Notes: a model not told the origin generated them from the letters alone. A DNA stretch of 64,000 nucleotides from Candidatus Levybacteria bacterium RIFCSPHIGHO2_01_FULL_40_16 (GCA_001783805.1 MFNS01000001.1:342921-406920), one strand, 5' to 3'. Positions 55,711-64,000 are shown, counted from the stretch's first letter. Made by a program: numbers and translations.

Positions 55711-56199
55711 TTAGTCTAGTAATGCATCTTTTTCGCTAAATAATAGCTTATTTAATATTCCCAATGCGATTGAAACATATATTATTCCGTAAAGAAAAAA
55801 AATTGAGCCAAAACTAGAAACAAAAACCTTCAATAGGTTACTAAGAAAAATAGGTGATATTCTATAATCTCCCAGATTATCGCTAAAAAATTTTAAGATT
55901 CCTCCATATGCGAAAAGCAGGCTGGCATGGACAAATCTTCCGCCAGCTCTAGCAAATACATCCTTTTTTTGCTTAACTTTAACAGAAGTGGCTGCTTGAA
56001 AACATATAGCGGAAAATGCAGCAGCTAGTCCAATTGAACTAACAATAAATGTATATTTATTAGCTGAAAAAATTTGTCCAGTTAATTCAGAAGAGAAATA
56101 ATGAACGCCAACAAAATATAAAATAAGACTAGGAATAAGGAAAAAGGAAATCCTTAATAATCTCCAAATTCTTAGAATAAGCCTCTTGATAATATTCAT
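55711..56199 (-). CDS. Hypothetical four-TM membrane protein
   Basis: Hydrophobic ORF starting immediately after the dut-like stop. Confidence 0.6.
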   Translation of the reverse strand: MNIIKRLILRIWRLLRISFFLIPSLILYFVGVHYFSSELTGQIFSANKYTFIVSSIGLAAAFSAICFQAATSVKVKQKKDVFARAGGRFVHASLLFAYGGILKFFSDNLGDYRISPIFLSNLLKVFVSSFGSIFFLYGIIYVSIALGILNKLLFSEKDALLD

Positions 56200-56739
56200 T
56201 TAAACTTGTTTTTCTTTTTTGTGAGCGGTGACGCGGCCGCCTTGCCATTGGCCGCGATAAAGATTTCCGCCGCCTTGAACTTCTGAAAACTGGATATGCA
56301 CAAAGCGCGCGCCCATTTCGATTTCAACCGTAATTGGGCCTTCATTTTTCAGGCCAAAAATCAATCCCCCGCAATATCCCGGCGGCACATTTCCGGTGCG
56401 GAGAAACAAGCCGGAACGGTAAGTTGTGGAGCGCGGAGTAATTGACGCGGTTAAATTTTGCGGCATGTTTACTGATTCGATTGTCTTAACCAGGTAAAAT
56501 TCTCCAGGCTTTATTTTCAGACTATTGGTCTTTTTTTGATCATATTTCTTGATCAACTCTATTTCCGCTGTTTTTCGGTGAACTTCTCCCAGAAACGCAT
56601 CCCCCCTGATGCGGTAAACTTCACCCAAACGCAAATCAAAACCCGCTCCTTCGGGATTGGTCAGTTCGCGTTCGGATAAGCCCTCGACAAGTTTCTTTGC
56701 CTTGACTAATTGTAGTAATTTTTTCGGTCCTAAAATCAT
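56200..56739 (-). CDS. Trimeric dUTPase/dCTP-deaminase family protein (probable dUTPase)
   Basis: GFDLRLG, PRSTTYRSG, PGYCG, YRGQWQ. Confidence 0.8.
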   Translation of the reverse strand: MILGPKKLLQLVKAKKLVEGLSERELTNPEGAGFDLRLGEVYRIRGDAFLGEVHRKTAEIELIKKYDQKKTNSLKIKPGEFYLVKTIESVNMPQNLTASITPRSTTYRSGLFLRTGNVPPGYCGGLIFGLKNEGPITVEIEMGARFVHIQFSEVQGGGNLYRGQWQGGRVTAHKKEKQV

Positions 56740-57413
56740 ATTTTTATTTTCTCAATCATCCTCTTCGTTACTTCGTCAATGCTTCCTTCCCCATTAATTG
56801 TAATTATTTCTTGGGCAAATTTTTCGCTTAGCCAATCATAGCCCTCAATTGCCTTTTTAAGCTTTCCTTGATCTTCATAAATCTCTAGAGCATCTGCCTT
56901 ATTGGAAATCCTTTTCAAAACTGTTGGCAACGAAGCTTTGAGATAAAAAGTGTAATCCGGAACAATAAACTGATGGTACATTGAAAGCAAAGAGTGAGCG
57001 ATTAGTAGAAATTCAGCGTCTTCGTAATCATACTTTCCTTTTGTCCTGTCCAAAATTCCGTAAACAATTGCCGACCAAAAACAGCGGTCAGAAGCAATCA
57101 CATCTCCCCTTTTCAACGCCGGAATAATTACTTCTTCATGATGCGACATGCGGTCGGTAGAAAATAAATATTGGAGCGCAACGGAGGACATTTTTAATTT
57201 TCCGGTCAAGACCCTTTGAACAATGTCGCCGATTAAGCCTGTTTTTCTCGGTTCTCTGGTCTGAACTACGCTTTTTCCTTGTTTTCTGAAATATTCGGCA
57301 AGTTTCTCAACCTGCGTGGTTTTCCCGCTTCCGTCAACTCCCTCCAAAGCAATATATGTTCCTGAATACGGATTTTTCTTCAACTCAATGTCCAACTCAA
57401 CATGATACTTCAT
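56736..57413 (-). CDS. tmk: Thymidylate kinase
   Basis: EGVDGSGKTTQ, TREP, SDR, PD. Confidence 0.93.
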   Translation of the reverse strand: MKYHVELDIELKKNPYSGTYIALEGVDGSGKTTQVEKLAEYFRKQGKSVVQTREPRKTGLIGDIVQRVLTGKLKMSSVALQYLFSTDRMSHHEEVIIPALKRGDVIASDRCFWSAIVYGILDRTKGKYDYEDAEFLLIAHSLLSMYHQFIVPDYTFYLKASLPTVLKRISNKADALEIYEDQGKLKKAIEGYDWLSEKFAQEIITINGEGSIDEVTKRMIEKIKI

Positions 57414-57497
57414 ATTATTCTGCTTTGCAGAACATCATAGCACATGAAAAATAAATTTGAAATATGATAAGATAGTATTTTATAATCCTGTATTCAT

Positions 57498-58412
57498 ATG
57501 GCACGCGAGTTTGAAAGAAGACAACCGCAACCACCACTAACTCTACCTACTTTAGGCAAGGTTCTTGGGAATTTTGTAGAACAAGATGAAGATTCTAAAG
57601 CTCAAGAAATTCTTCCTACGCCGGAAAAACTAACCACAAAACAAAGATTAAAAGAAAAACTTAAAAGAAAATTCTTCCATCGAAAACAAATAATCGTAGA
57701 AAAAATCGTTGAAGGGCTAGGAATTTTTGGCGCACCGGATATTCGAGTCGGCGGTAAGGAAAATCTTGAAAAGGCATTGGAGCTTACTAAAGGTAAAAAT
57801 CTGGCATTTGTAATGAACCACACCAGTAATTTCGATACGCCTGCCCTTGAACGGAGTTTGAAAAAGATAGGATTTGGGGAAATTGTCCCAAAGCTTATCT
57901 ATCTTCAGGGAATAAAACTGGATAAAAACCCGGTTGCCAAAATTTTTCTTGGAGGATTTAATCGGATCAGGGTCTGGCCGCCGAATCTTCCGGCTGAAAA
58001 TGAAACAGAAAAAATAGAACGTAAAAAAATGACTAGGGAGAGTTTGGAGTCTGCAAAAAGAGCGCTTGGAGAAGGTTATTTTCTGGGAATATATTGTGAA
58101 GGGGGACGTAGCTATAATGGGAAATTAAAGGAGGTAGAGCCGGCAGCAATACACTACCTTACAATGCAACCGGATACCATAGTTATACCTGTAGCAATCC
58201 GCGAAACAGATAAAGTCCTGCCTCGGGGCAGTTTTATTATTTTTCCGGCCGCGCCCGTTAATGTCAATTTTGGAGAACCTATAATTATATCTTTTCTTCT
58301 GCAAGAGTACCAGAATTTGCCGAATGATGAAAAACACAAAAAAATTGGAGATTTCATTATGGGGAAAATAGCCAAACAGCTTCCGGAAGAATATCGTGGG
58401 GTTTACGTTTAA
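57498..58412 (+). CDS. PlsC-family lysophospholipid acyltransferase with N-terminal extension
   Basis: NHTSNFD (HxxxxD), EGGRS, VIPVAI, FGEPI. Confidence 0.85.
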   Translation: MAREFERRQPQPPLTLPTLGKVLGNFVEQDEDSKAQEILPTPEKLTTKQRLKEKLKRKFFHRKQIIVEKIVEGLGIFGAPDIRVGGKENLEKALELTKGKNLAFVMNHTSNFDTPALERSLKKIGFGEIVPKLIYLQGIKLDKNPVAKIFLGGFNRIRVWPPNLPAENETEKIERKKMTRESLESAKRALGEGYFLGIYCEGGRSYNGKLKEVEPAAIHYLTMQPDTIVIPVAIRETDKVLPRGSFIIFPAAPVNVNFGEPIIISFLLQEYQNLPNDEKHKKIGDFIMGKIAKQLPEEYRGVYV

Positions 58413-58414
58413 AC

Positions 58415-58987
58415 CTATCTTTTTTCCTGGTGAATTCTGGACTCGTCAGGGCCTTTTTGAAAAACGTATTTTGCCTGTTTCTTTTTTACATAAGGAACAT
58501 CCGCAACGCTGGAGAGTTCCTCAAAAGTCATCGCGCAAATTCGCATGCCGCAGGTTAGTGAAATTGCCATCCGGCCCAAATTCCCTAATTCCAGAACCGG
58601 CTTCCCGTCCCATCCCGGATCAAAAATCGAAGCAGTTGAATGCACAACCAACCCGAGTCTTCCCAAAGATGAACGACCCTCAAGCCTGCCCATCAAATCC
58701 GGTGCAATTTTTACATTCTCAAGTGTCACAGCTAAAACGAAATCCCCTGGCTGCATAATAAATTTCTCGCCGTTTTTAATTTTTACCTCTCTGGTGATTT
58801 CGTTACTGTAGTCTTTTTTTGAAGGATCAATGTAGGGGTTGCGGCTGTATTCAAAAATCCGGAAAATATTTCCCAACCGCAGATCAATAGAGCACGAACC
58901 GAGCTGCTCTTTAAAATTGGGCTTTGGAGAAATTTGTATTCTGCCTTGCAGAAAAGCCTTCTTAATGTCTCTATCCGCTAAAACCAT
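58415..58987 (-). CDS. dcd: dCTP deaminase
   Basis: SIDLRLG, GRSSLGRLG, DPGWDG..VLE. Confidence 0.93.
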   Translation of the reverse strand: MVLADRDIKKAFLQGRIQISPKPNFKEQLGSCSIDLRLGNIFRIFEYSRNPYIDPSKKDYSNEITREVKIKNGEKFIMQPGDFVLAVTLENVKIAPDLMGRLEGRSSLGRLGLVVHSTASIFDPGWDGKPVLELGNLGRMAISLTCGMRICAMTFEELSSVADVPYVKKKQAKYVFQKGPDESRIHQEKR

Positions 58988-59030
58988 ATGACGAGTTTAT
59001 CACAAAAAATTTTTTTTAAAAGTACCAATA

Positions 59031-59651
59031 TTACTTCAGCTTGCTTATTGCTTCTTTATAATAAGGTACAACCATATAAAGACCTTGTCTTAACGAAGGC
59101 TGACTATCTAAAAACGAAAAGACAACCAAGGGCAATGTTTTTTCATTTCCCTTGTTAAAAAACCCAAGAAAGGAAGGATCTTTTTTCACTTCTTTATAAA
59201 TAACCTCTGTTTCCTCTTGGGGTGACGGATTAGGAATTTTAGAATCATCACCGGATTCTTTTGCCTTGATGGTAGGTAATGGGGTGCCTATAATTCTGCT
59301 ATTATAATTATCAACAAACACTTTGTCCTCCCACCCGTTAATAATACCGCTTTCCAGAGAATTTATTATACTGGCTAACAATATTCCTCCAATTCCAAGT
59401 AAGAATTTGGCTGTATTTTCATGACTTAAGCCTTTAAGAACAAAATTAATATCGGGTGCAACATTTCCCCGACTTACGCCATCCAGCGTCTCCCTAACCA
59501 AATCCTTCCCAATAGATCCCATTTCTTGCGCAACTGCAACTTTTTGAGAAATCGGACGCCTCCTATCCAGGGCTACCTGCCAGAGGATTCCCGAATTCCG
59601 AACAATTTCATCAGGATCAAATCTATTTCGTTCTGATTCCAGTTCGCTCAT
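59031..59651 (-). CDS. Hypothetical protein
   Basis: 206-aa ORF between folC and dcd. Confidence 0.65.
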   Translation of the reverse strand: MSELESERNRFDPDEIVRNSGILWQVALDRRRPISQKVAVAQEMGSIGKDLVRETLDGVSRGNVAPDINFVLKGLSHENTAKFLLGIGGILLASIINSLESGIINGWEDKVFVDNYNSRIIGTPLPTIKAKESGDDSKIPNPSPQEETEVIYKEVKKDPSFLGFFNKGNEKTLPLVVFSFLDSQPSLRQGLYMVVPYYKEAISKLK

Positions 59652-59666
59652 ATTTCTTCAACTTCT

Positions 59667-61082
59667 CTAAATTTGATTTCTAATTTCACCCACCAAATAA
59701 AGAGAGCCTGTGACGACTAAAATTGACGGACTGCCAGATTGTTGAATTGTTTTAAGACCGATTTTCAAGGCTTTTTTTGAATCTTTCTCAACCACAACTT
59801 TTTTGAGTTTTGCCTGCCCGCTAGAGCCTGTGTGAAGGCGGGAGATTTGATTCTTGATTTTCGTTGCTTCCGCAGATGCATGTAAATTCAGGTCTGTTTT
59901 TGCCTGAAATTGCGTAACAATAATTTCCTCCGCCACCCTTGCAATTTCTTTGAGCATTTTTTTGATATCTTTATCAAATTTAAATCCGACGATAAATACT
60001 TTTCTCTCTTTTGGGAAAATTTTCTGAAGACTTTTGAGAAAATCCTTCATTTTTGTTGGATTGTGCGCCCCATCGAGTACAATTTTCATTTTTTTTACTT
60101 CGAATCGTCCCGGGAAAAATGCAGTTTTTAAAGCTTTGCGGATTTGTCCGTCCGGGATTTTAAATCCAAATTTTCTAAGCTCAAGAATTGTTTTTATAGC
60201 CAGGGAGGCATTTTCAGCTTGGTATTGTCCTAAAAGAGACAATTTCAAATCACTCAAAGTTTCCTCATGTGAGATAAAATCAAAATCTATTCCCGATGCA
60301 TTTTCCTTCTTTATTCTATAGCCAAAATTCCTCCATAATAAATTGAGTTTTGCCCCAACTTTTTCGCACCTGTCTTCAACAATTTTAACCACCGACGGCT
60401 GCTTCACTCCGGAGACCACAACGGGAGATTTACGATTTATGATTAATGATTTATAATCCGTAGTTGATTCGTTAATCTTAAATCTTAAATCCTCAATCTT
60501 TATTATTCCCGCTTTAGTTCTGGCGATTTTTTCAACAGTTTTTCCCAGAATATTTATATGATCCAAAGAAACGTTTGTCAAGGCAGTGATTAAAGGATTT
60601 AGCGTATTGGTCGCGTCAAATTCCCCTCCCATTCCTACTTCTGCAACCGCGATATCGACTTTTTGATCTGCAAAATATTTAAATGCCATCCCAACCAAAA
60701 TTTCAAAATACGACGGGGCGCCAACAGGCATTTTTCTCATCGTCTCAATGATTCGAATCATCGAAGTAGTAAGTTTCGCAAACGTCTCATCCGAAATTTC
60801 TTTTCCGTTTATTTGCAGTCTTTCATTAACTTTTTGCAGATGCGGAGATAAAGTCAGTCCTGTTTTGTATCCGGATACCTTAAGGATATGAGACAAAAGA
60901 TAAGCAGTTGAACCTTTTCCAGATGTTCCGCCGACCAAAATGGATTTGAATTTATTCTGGGGATTATCCAAAAGAGAAAGAAATGTCCGCATCCTTTTCA
61001 GGGGATCTTTTGAGGCTTTGACATTGAAAACAATCTTCCCGATAAAACTTTCTAAATATTTAACTGCCTTTCCGTAGGTCAT
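59667..61082 (-). CDS. folC: Folylpolyglutamate synthase / dihydrofolate synthase
   Basis: GTSGKGS, SPHL, EVGMGGEFDATN, PGRFE, LDGAHN, TGSLYLVG. Confidence 0.95.
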   Translation of the reverse strand: MTYGKAVKYLESFIGKIVFNVKASKDPLKRMRTFLSLLDNPQNKFKSILVGGTSGKGSTAYLLSHILKVSGYKTGLTLSPHLQKVNERLQINGKEISDETFAKLTTSMIRIIETMRKMPVGAPSYFEILVGMAFKYFADQKVDIAVAEVGMGGEFDATNTLNPLITALTNVSLDHINILGKTVEKIARTKAGIIKIEDLRFKINESTTDYKSLIINRKSPVVVSGVKQPSVVKIVEDRCEKVGAKLNLLWRNFGYRIKKENASGIDFDFISHEETLSDLKLSLLGQYQAENASLAIKTILELRKFGFKIPDGQIRKALKTAFFPGRFEVKKMKIVLDGAHNPTKMKDFLKSLQKIFPKERKVFIVGFKFDKDIKKMLKEIARVAEEIIVTQFQAKTDLNLHASAEATKIKNQISRLHTGSSGQAKLKKVVVEKDSKKALKIGLKTIQQSGSPSILVVTGSLYLVGEIRNQI

Positions 61083-61531
61083 GATAGTTCTTCTGCTATC
61101 CACCTTGAGCTTGCCGAACGGGTGACAAAAACCGGAATAATCTGCATGTTATTTTGGATTAATGTACCTATAGTTTTTGCTGTTTTTAGAACATCTTTTT
61201 TGTGCTGTATGTCTTCCACCAGATTGCCCGCGCATTCCTGATGTCCATGAACAATAATGCCCTTGGAATGGTGTTTTTCAAGAGAAATTAAGATCTTTTT
61301 CCTAATGGAATCAAGAAGAGCTCGATCTATGTTTTTTTTCGCAAGTAAGCCTACCAATCCTGCTTCAGTAATAGTATCCGCGTACTTGGCACCGAATTTT
61401 TGCTGACCGAAGGCTAAGACAGGCTCCTGTACCCGCCCATCCATACAGCCAACTGCTGTAAAAAAAGCCTGCCCGCCATCCCGATTCGATCGGGAAGGCA
61501 TTTGCAGGCGGGTTTCCCCGGCTTTCGACAT
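61079..61531 (-). CDS. Beta-carbonic-anhydrase-like protein
   Basis: CMDGR and HQECAG zinc ligands. Confidence 0.75.
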   Translation of the reverse strand: MSKAGETRLQMPSRSNRDGGQAFFTAVGCMDGRVQEPVLAFGQQKFGAKYADTITEAGLVGLLAKKNIDRALLDSIRKKILISLEKHHSKGIIVHGHQECAGNLVEDIQHKKDVLKTAKTIGTLIQNNMQIIPVFVTRSASSRWIAEELS

Positions 61532-61613
61532 AGAACTGATATTATAACAAAAACAACCCATTTGCAATTAAAACTTGCAAAAAAGTGCGAACCTGCTACA
61601 ATTATAGGCCTAT

Positions 61614-62771
61614 ATGGCAACCGAAGGACAACATCCGGAAATTGTAAAATTTATAGAAAATATCTCAATAGCGCCACATGATCTTCTCGAAGATAATCAC
61701 AGCCAAGAGGCGGACGAGCTTAGGGGAAAATGGAAAGAAAACAAAAGAGCAGGCAAATTATATGCGCTGAGCGCATGTGGAGATGCAAGGGTAAGATTTC
61801 CGAAACCGGAAAAATACGTAACCTTAAAATCAATTGCAGCCGGTGGGAATGTGGATAGTAATATCGTTACTAACGCAGGTGTAGAATTTGCTGTTTTTGC
61901 GGGACACTATGACGGAGAAGCTTTTAAACCGGGTGAGATGCCGACCGGATGCGGAGGTCTTGGCGCAAAATATGAAGCCCTAGAACATAACAAACCTGTT
62001 CCTGTCAAAGGAATCGGATATTACATAGCAAGAAATATTGATCATCCTGATCCTTTAGTAAATGCGTTGTTAAAAGCGAATAAAATTGCAAAGATATCGA
62101 ATAAACCGCAATTAACTATTGCGCAAAATCATAGAATCGGAGAGATATTTCCGTTTGGGGTATTCATGCCTGGTCAAAGTCCACGATTTGCTATTAATAT
62201 CCTTGATTTATACGAAAAATATGATCCGAAAGAAATCTACGCAAAAGGAATTCCCGAGCTTGAAAGAAGAGTAATTCCGGAAATATTTAATGAGTTTCTG
62301 GAAGCCTGCGAAGCTCAAGTAAAAGAATCGCTGTTAACCTACCCAAACTATAAAGAGATGATGAGAGTGCAAAATCCAAGAATGGTAGTTTTGTCAACAG
62401 AAATCATGTCTGCAAAAATCCGCTATCCGAAGATCGCTAGTTTTCCGGGCATCTTGTTTAAGATTCATCTCCCAAGAATAAAAAACGGGAGTGATGTTTC
62501 GATAGACCCGGAAAAATTGCAAGATGTTATAAATCAGATTGAATACCCTATTCCACATGCTGTTGAAAATTTCGGAAAGCCAAACGAAAGTTTCTCCAAC
62601 ACGGACAGATTTTTAATCGAAACTGACGATATAGATCTGTCTAGGAAAGTCGCGCTAAGGCTTGCAGAAGAAGAATGGATGCAGAAATGGATGAATCTTG
62701 AAGGACATCAAATGCTAATCGTGCAAACACAAGAAGGAATTTCACAACTCATCGAGGAATTTAAACAGTAA
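61614..62771 (+). CDS. Hypothetical protein with divergent beta-carbonic-anhydrase-like motifs
   Basis: ACGDAR and GH-x14-CGG. Confidence 0.55.
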   Translation: MATEGQHPEIVKFIENISIAPHDLLEDNHSQEADELRGKWKENKRAGKLYALSACGDARVRFPKPEKYVTLKSIAAGGNVDSNIVTNAGVEFAVFAGHYDGEAFKPGEMPTGCGGLGAKYEALEHNKPVPVKGIGYYIARNIDHPDPLVNALLKANKIAKISNKPQLTIAQNHRIGEIFPFGVFMPGQSPRFAINILDLYEKYDPKEIYAKGIPELERRVIPEIFNEFLEACEAQVKESLLTYPNYKEMMRVQNPRMVVLSTEIMSAKIRYPKIASFPGILFKIHLPRIKNGSDVSIDPEKLQDVINQIEYPIPHAVENFGKPNESFSNTDRFLIETDDIDLSRKVALRLAEEEWMQKWMNLEGHQMLIVQTQEGISQLIEEFKQ

Positions 62772-62812
62772 TTGCGCAACTTGTGAATCGGAACGAGCTA
62801 GGCTAATAAACT

Positions 62813-64000
62813 TTATTTTACATCTCTTATTTGAAAACGGGAACTAAGAGCTTTAATGTGTTTAACATATCCTGACTGGTATTCCATTTCGTCTGTTGGT
62901 AATGTTCCAGGCTGTCTAAACCCTTGCGAATCTCGGAATTCTTTTGCCTTACGTGCCGCATCATCTCTAAATTTATCCCAAGGTGTTCCCCGGGCAAATT
63001 GATCCGAAACTGCACCAATTTTCCCGCTATGAATGTTAACACTCATACTTAGAATTGACATGATTGGTCCTGAAAAATATGAAGTAGGTCCATTAATTGG
63101 CATAGGAAAAATATTTAAGTTATGACTTCCTCTGCAATCTCCTGCAACCACAGGCGTTAAAGACATAGGAGAAGTTATTTCACCCGGCGCCGGCCAATCT
63201 CCCTGTGCTAATGAAACCATTACCGGGTCATCTTTACCTCCATAGCTAAACTTTCCATCTTTACTTGGGATATTATGAAGTCTTTCCGCTGAAACCACTA
63301 CTCCCAATTGTCCGGGTTTACCATTATCCTCTTTGGTAAAAATTTTCGAAACCACATAGCGGGAGCCATCCATTGTGAGACGACAAATATTATAGTAATC
63401 TTCAGGGGCACTAAGCTGAATTGTTCGCTCTGTTTTTCCCAAGCGATTCATGGTCTCATCAAGAACTTTCTGATCGCCATGCGGTATGCCCTCTTCATAA
63501 GCTCGCGCTTTCGTATTAAGATCGGTAATCTCAAAAATGTAGCCTCTGTTCATTTTTGAATCTGCGATTAATAACCCTGTATTGAAATTTGGATCAAGAT
63601 AGGATCTTGTTGTGATGTGATTGTATACTCCAGGCTCTGTTTTATCTGCATATGCAACCACAACTACCTGAGAAGGCTTGTCTTTCTCCCCTCTTGCTGG
63701 TAGAGGCAATATTGCTATTGCGGGACCCATCCCATGGGTATTGCCAGTAAAAGCATCTACCTTTAAATCTTGTCCCGGCCCATATAATCCCTGTTCCAAT
63801 GCAACTTTTTCTCCCTTTTTGAAAGCATCCCACATTAATTCGGCAACAACTTCCTGATGTTCCATCACACTTTCGTCAATGATGCCCGTTATTGCCACAT
63901 CATCACCTGTATGGGTTGCCATAAGGCTTGTAAATATTGGATTATTGTTTTTCCAGCGATTATAACGTAGAACATGATCTAGAATAGTTGCTTTCAGTCT
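62813..64000 (-). CDS. fbp: Bifunctional fructose-1,6-bisphosphate aldolase/phosphatase (class V FBPase), start beyond the window
   Basis: GDD, GLYGPGQDL, GNTHGMGP, YGGKDDPV, RGSH, MEY; frame stays open from 63922 to 64000. Confidence 0.88.
   Translation of the reverse strand, partial: RLKATILDHVLRYNRWKNNNPIFTSLMATHTGDDVAITGIIDESVMEHQEVVAELMWDAFKKGEKVALEQGLYGPGQDLKVDAFTGNTHGMGPAIAILPLPARGEKDKPSQVVVVAYADKTEPGVYNHITTRSYLDPNFNTGLLIADSKMNRGYIFEITDLNTKARAYEEGIPHGDQKVLDETMNRLGKTERTIQLSAPEDYYNICRLTMDGSRYVVSKIFTKEDNGKPGQLGVVVSAERLHNIPSKDGKFSYGGKDDPVMVSLAQGDWPAPGEITSPMSLTPVVAGDCRGSHNLNIFPMPINGPTSYFSGPIMSILSMSVNIHSGKIGAVSDQFARGTPWDKFRDDAARKAKEFRDSQGFRQPGTLPTDEMEYQSGYVKHIKALSSRFQIRDVK

Noticed and set aside
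61834-61843. TTGCAGCCGG outside the array
   Set aside because: Inside a CDS (IAAG) with no G tract; likely chance
1-64000. Alternative genetic code (TGA as Gly)
   Set aside because: Conserved genes such as cysS, recR and glyA end at TGA at the expected positions and contain no internal TGA

Overview
Chromosomal window from an AT-rich, reduced-genome bacterium. Inferred to be Patescibacteria/CPR, probably Microgenomates-like, from the short EF-Ts, the rpsB-tsf-frr-rseP order lacking pyrH/uppS/cdsA, frequent leaderless genes and many orphans; TGA acts as stop (code 11). Contents: msrB-msrA; a 5.6-kb array of single-gene units separated by 8 same-strand copies of an AATTTT-G(n)-TTGCARCCGG motif; a CsoR/P1B-ATPase copper and thiol-redox island; a MacAB-like exporter; core genes (cysS, recR, prs, ybaB, dnaX, ybeY, rpsU, proS, gnd, zwf, rseP, frr, tsf, rpsB); a thymidylate/folate cluster (folC, dcd, tmk, dut-like, thyA, folA, glyA); and an archaeal-type FBP aldolase/phosphatase. 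The most notable signals are (1) the G-tract-delimited cassette-like array with no integrase in view, (2) about 15 tiny GC-rich palindromes inserted in frame in proteins, including a nested copy, (3) a 376-bp GIY-YIG element bounded by covarying inverted hairpins between thyA and folA, (4) in-frame heptamer microsatellites in essential genes, and (5) a promoter-terminator mini-transcript convergent with a NYN RNase. No rRNA, tRNA or CRISPR array was recognised. All calls come from reading motifs by eye; no database searches were run.
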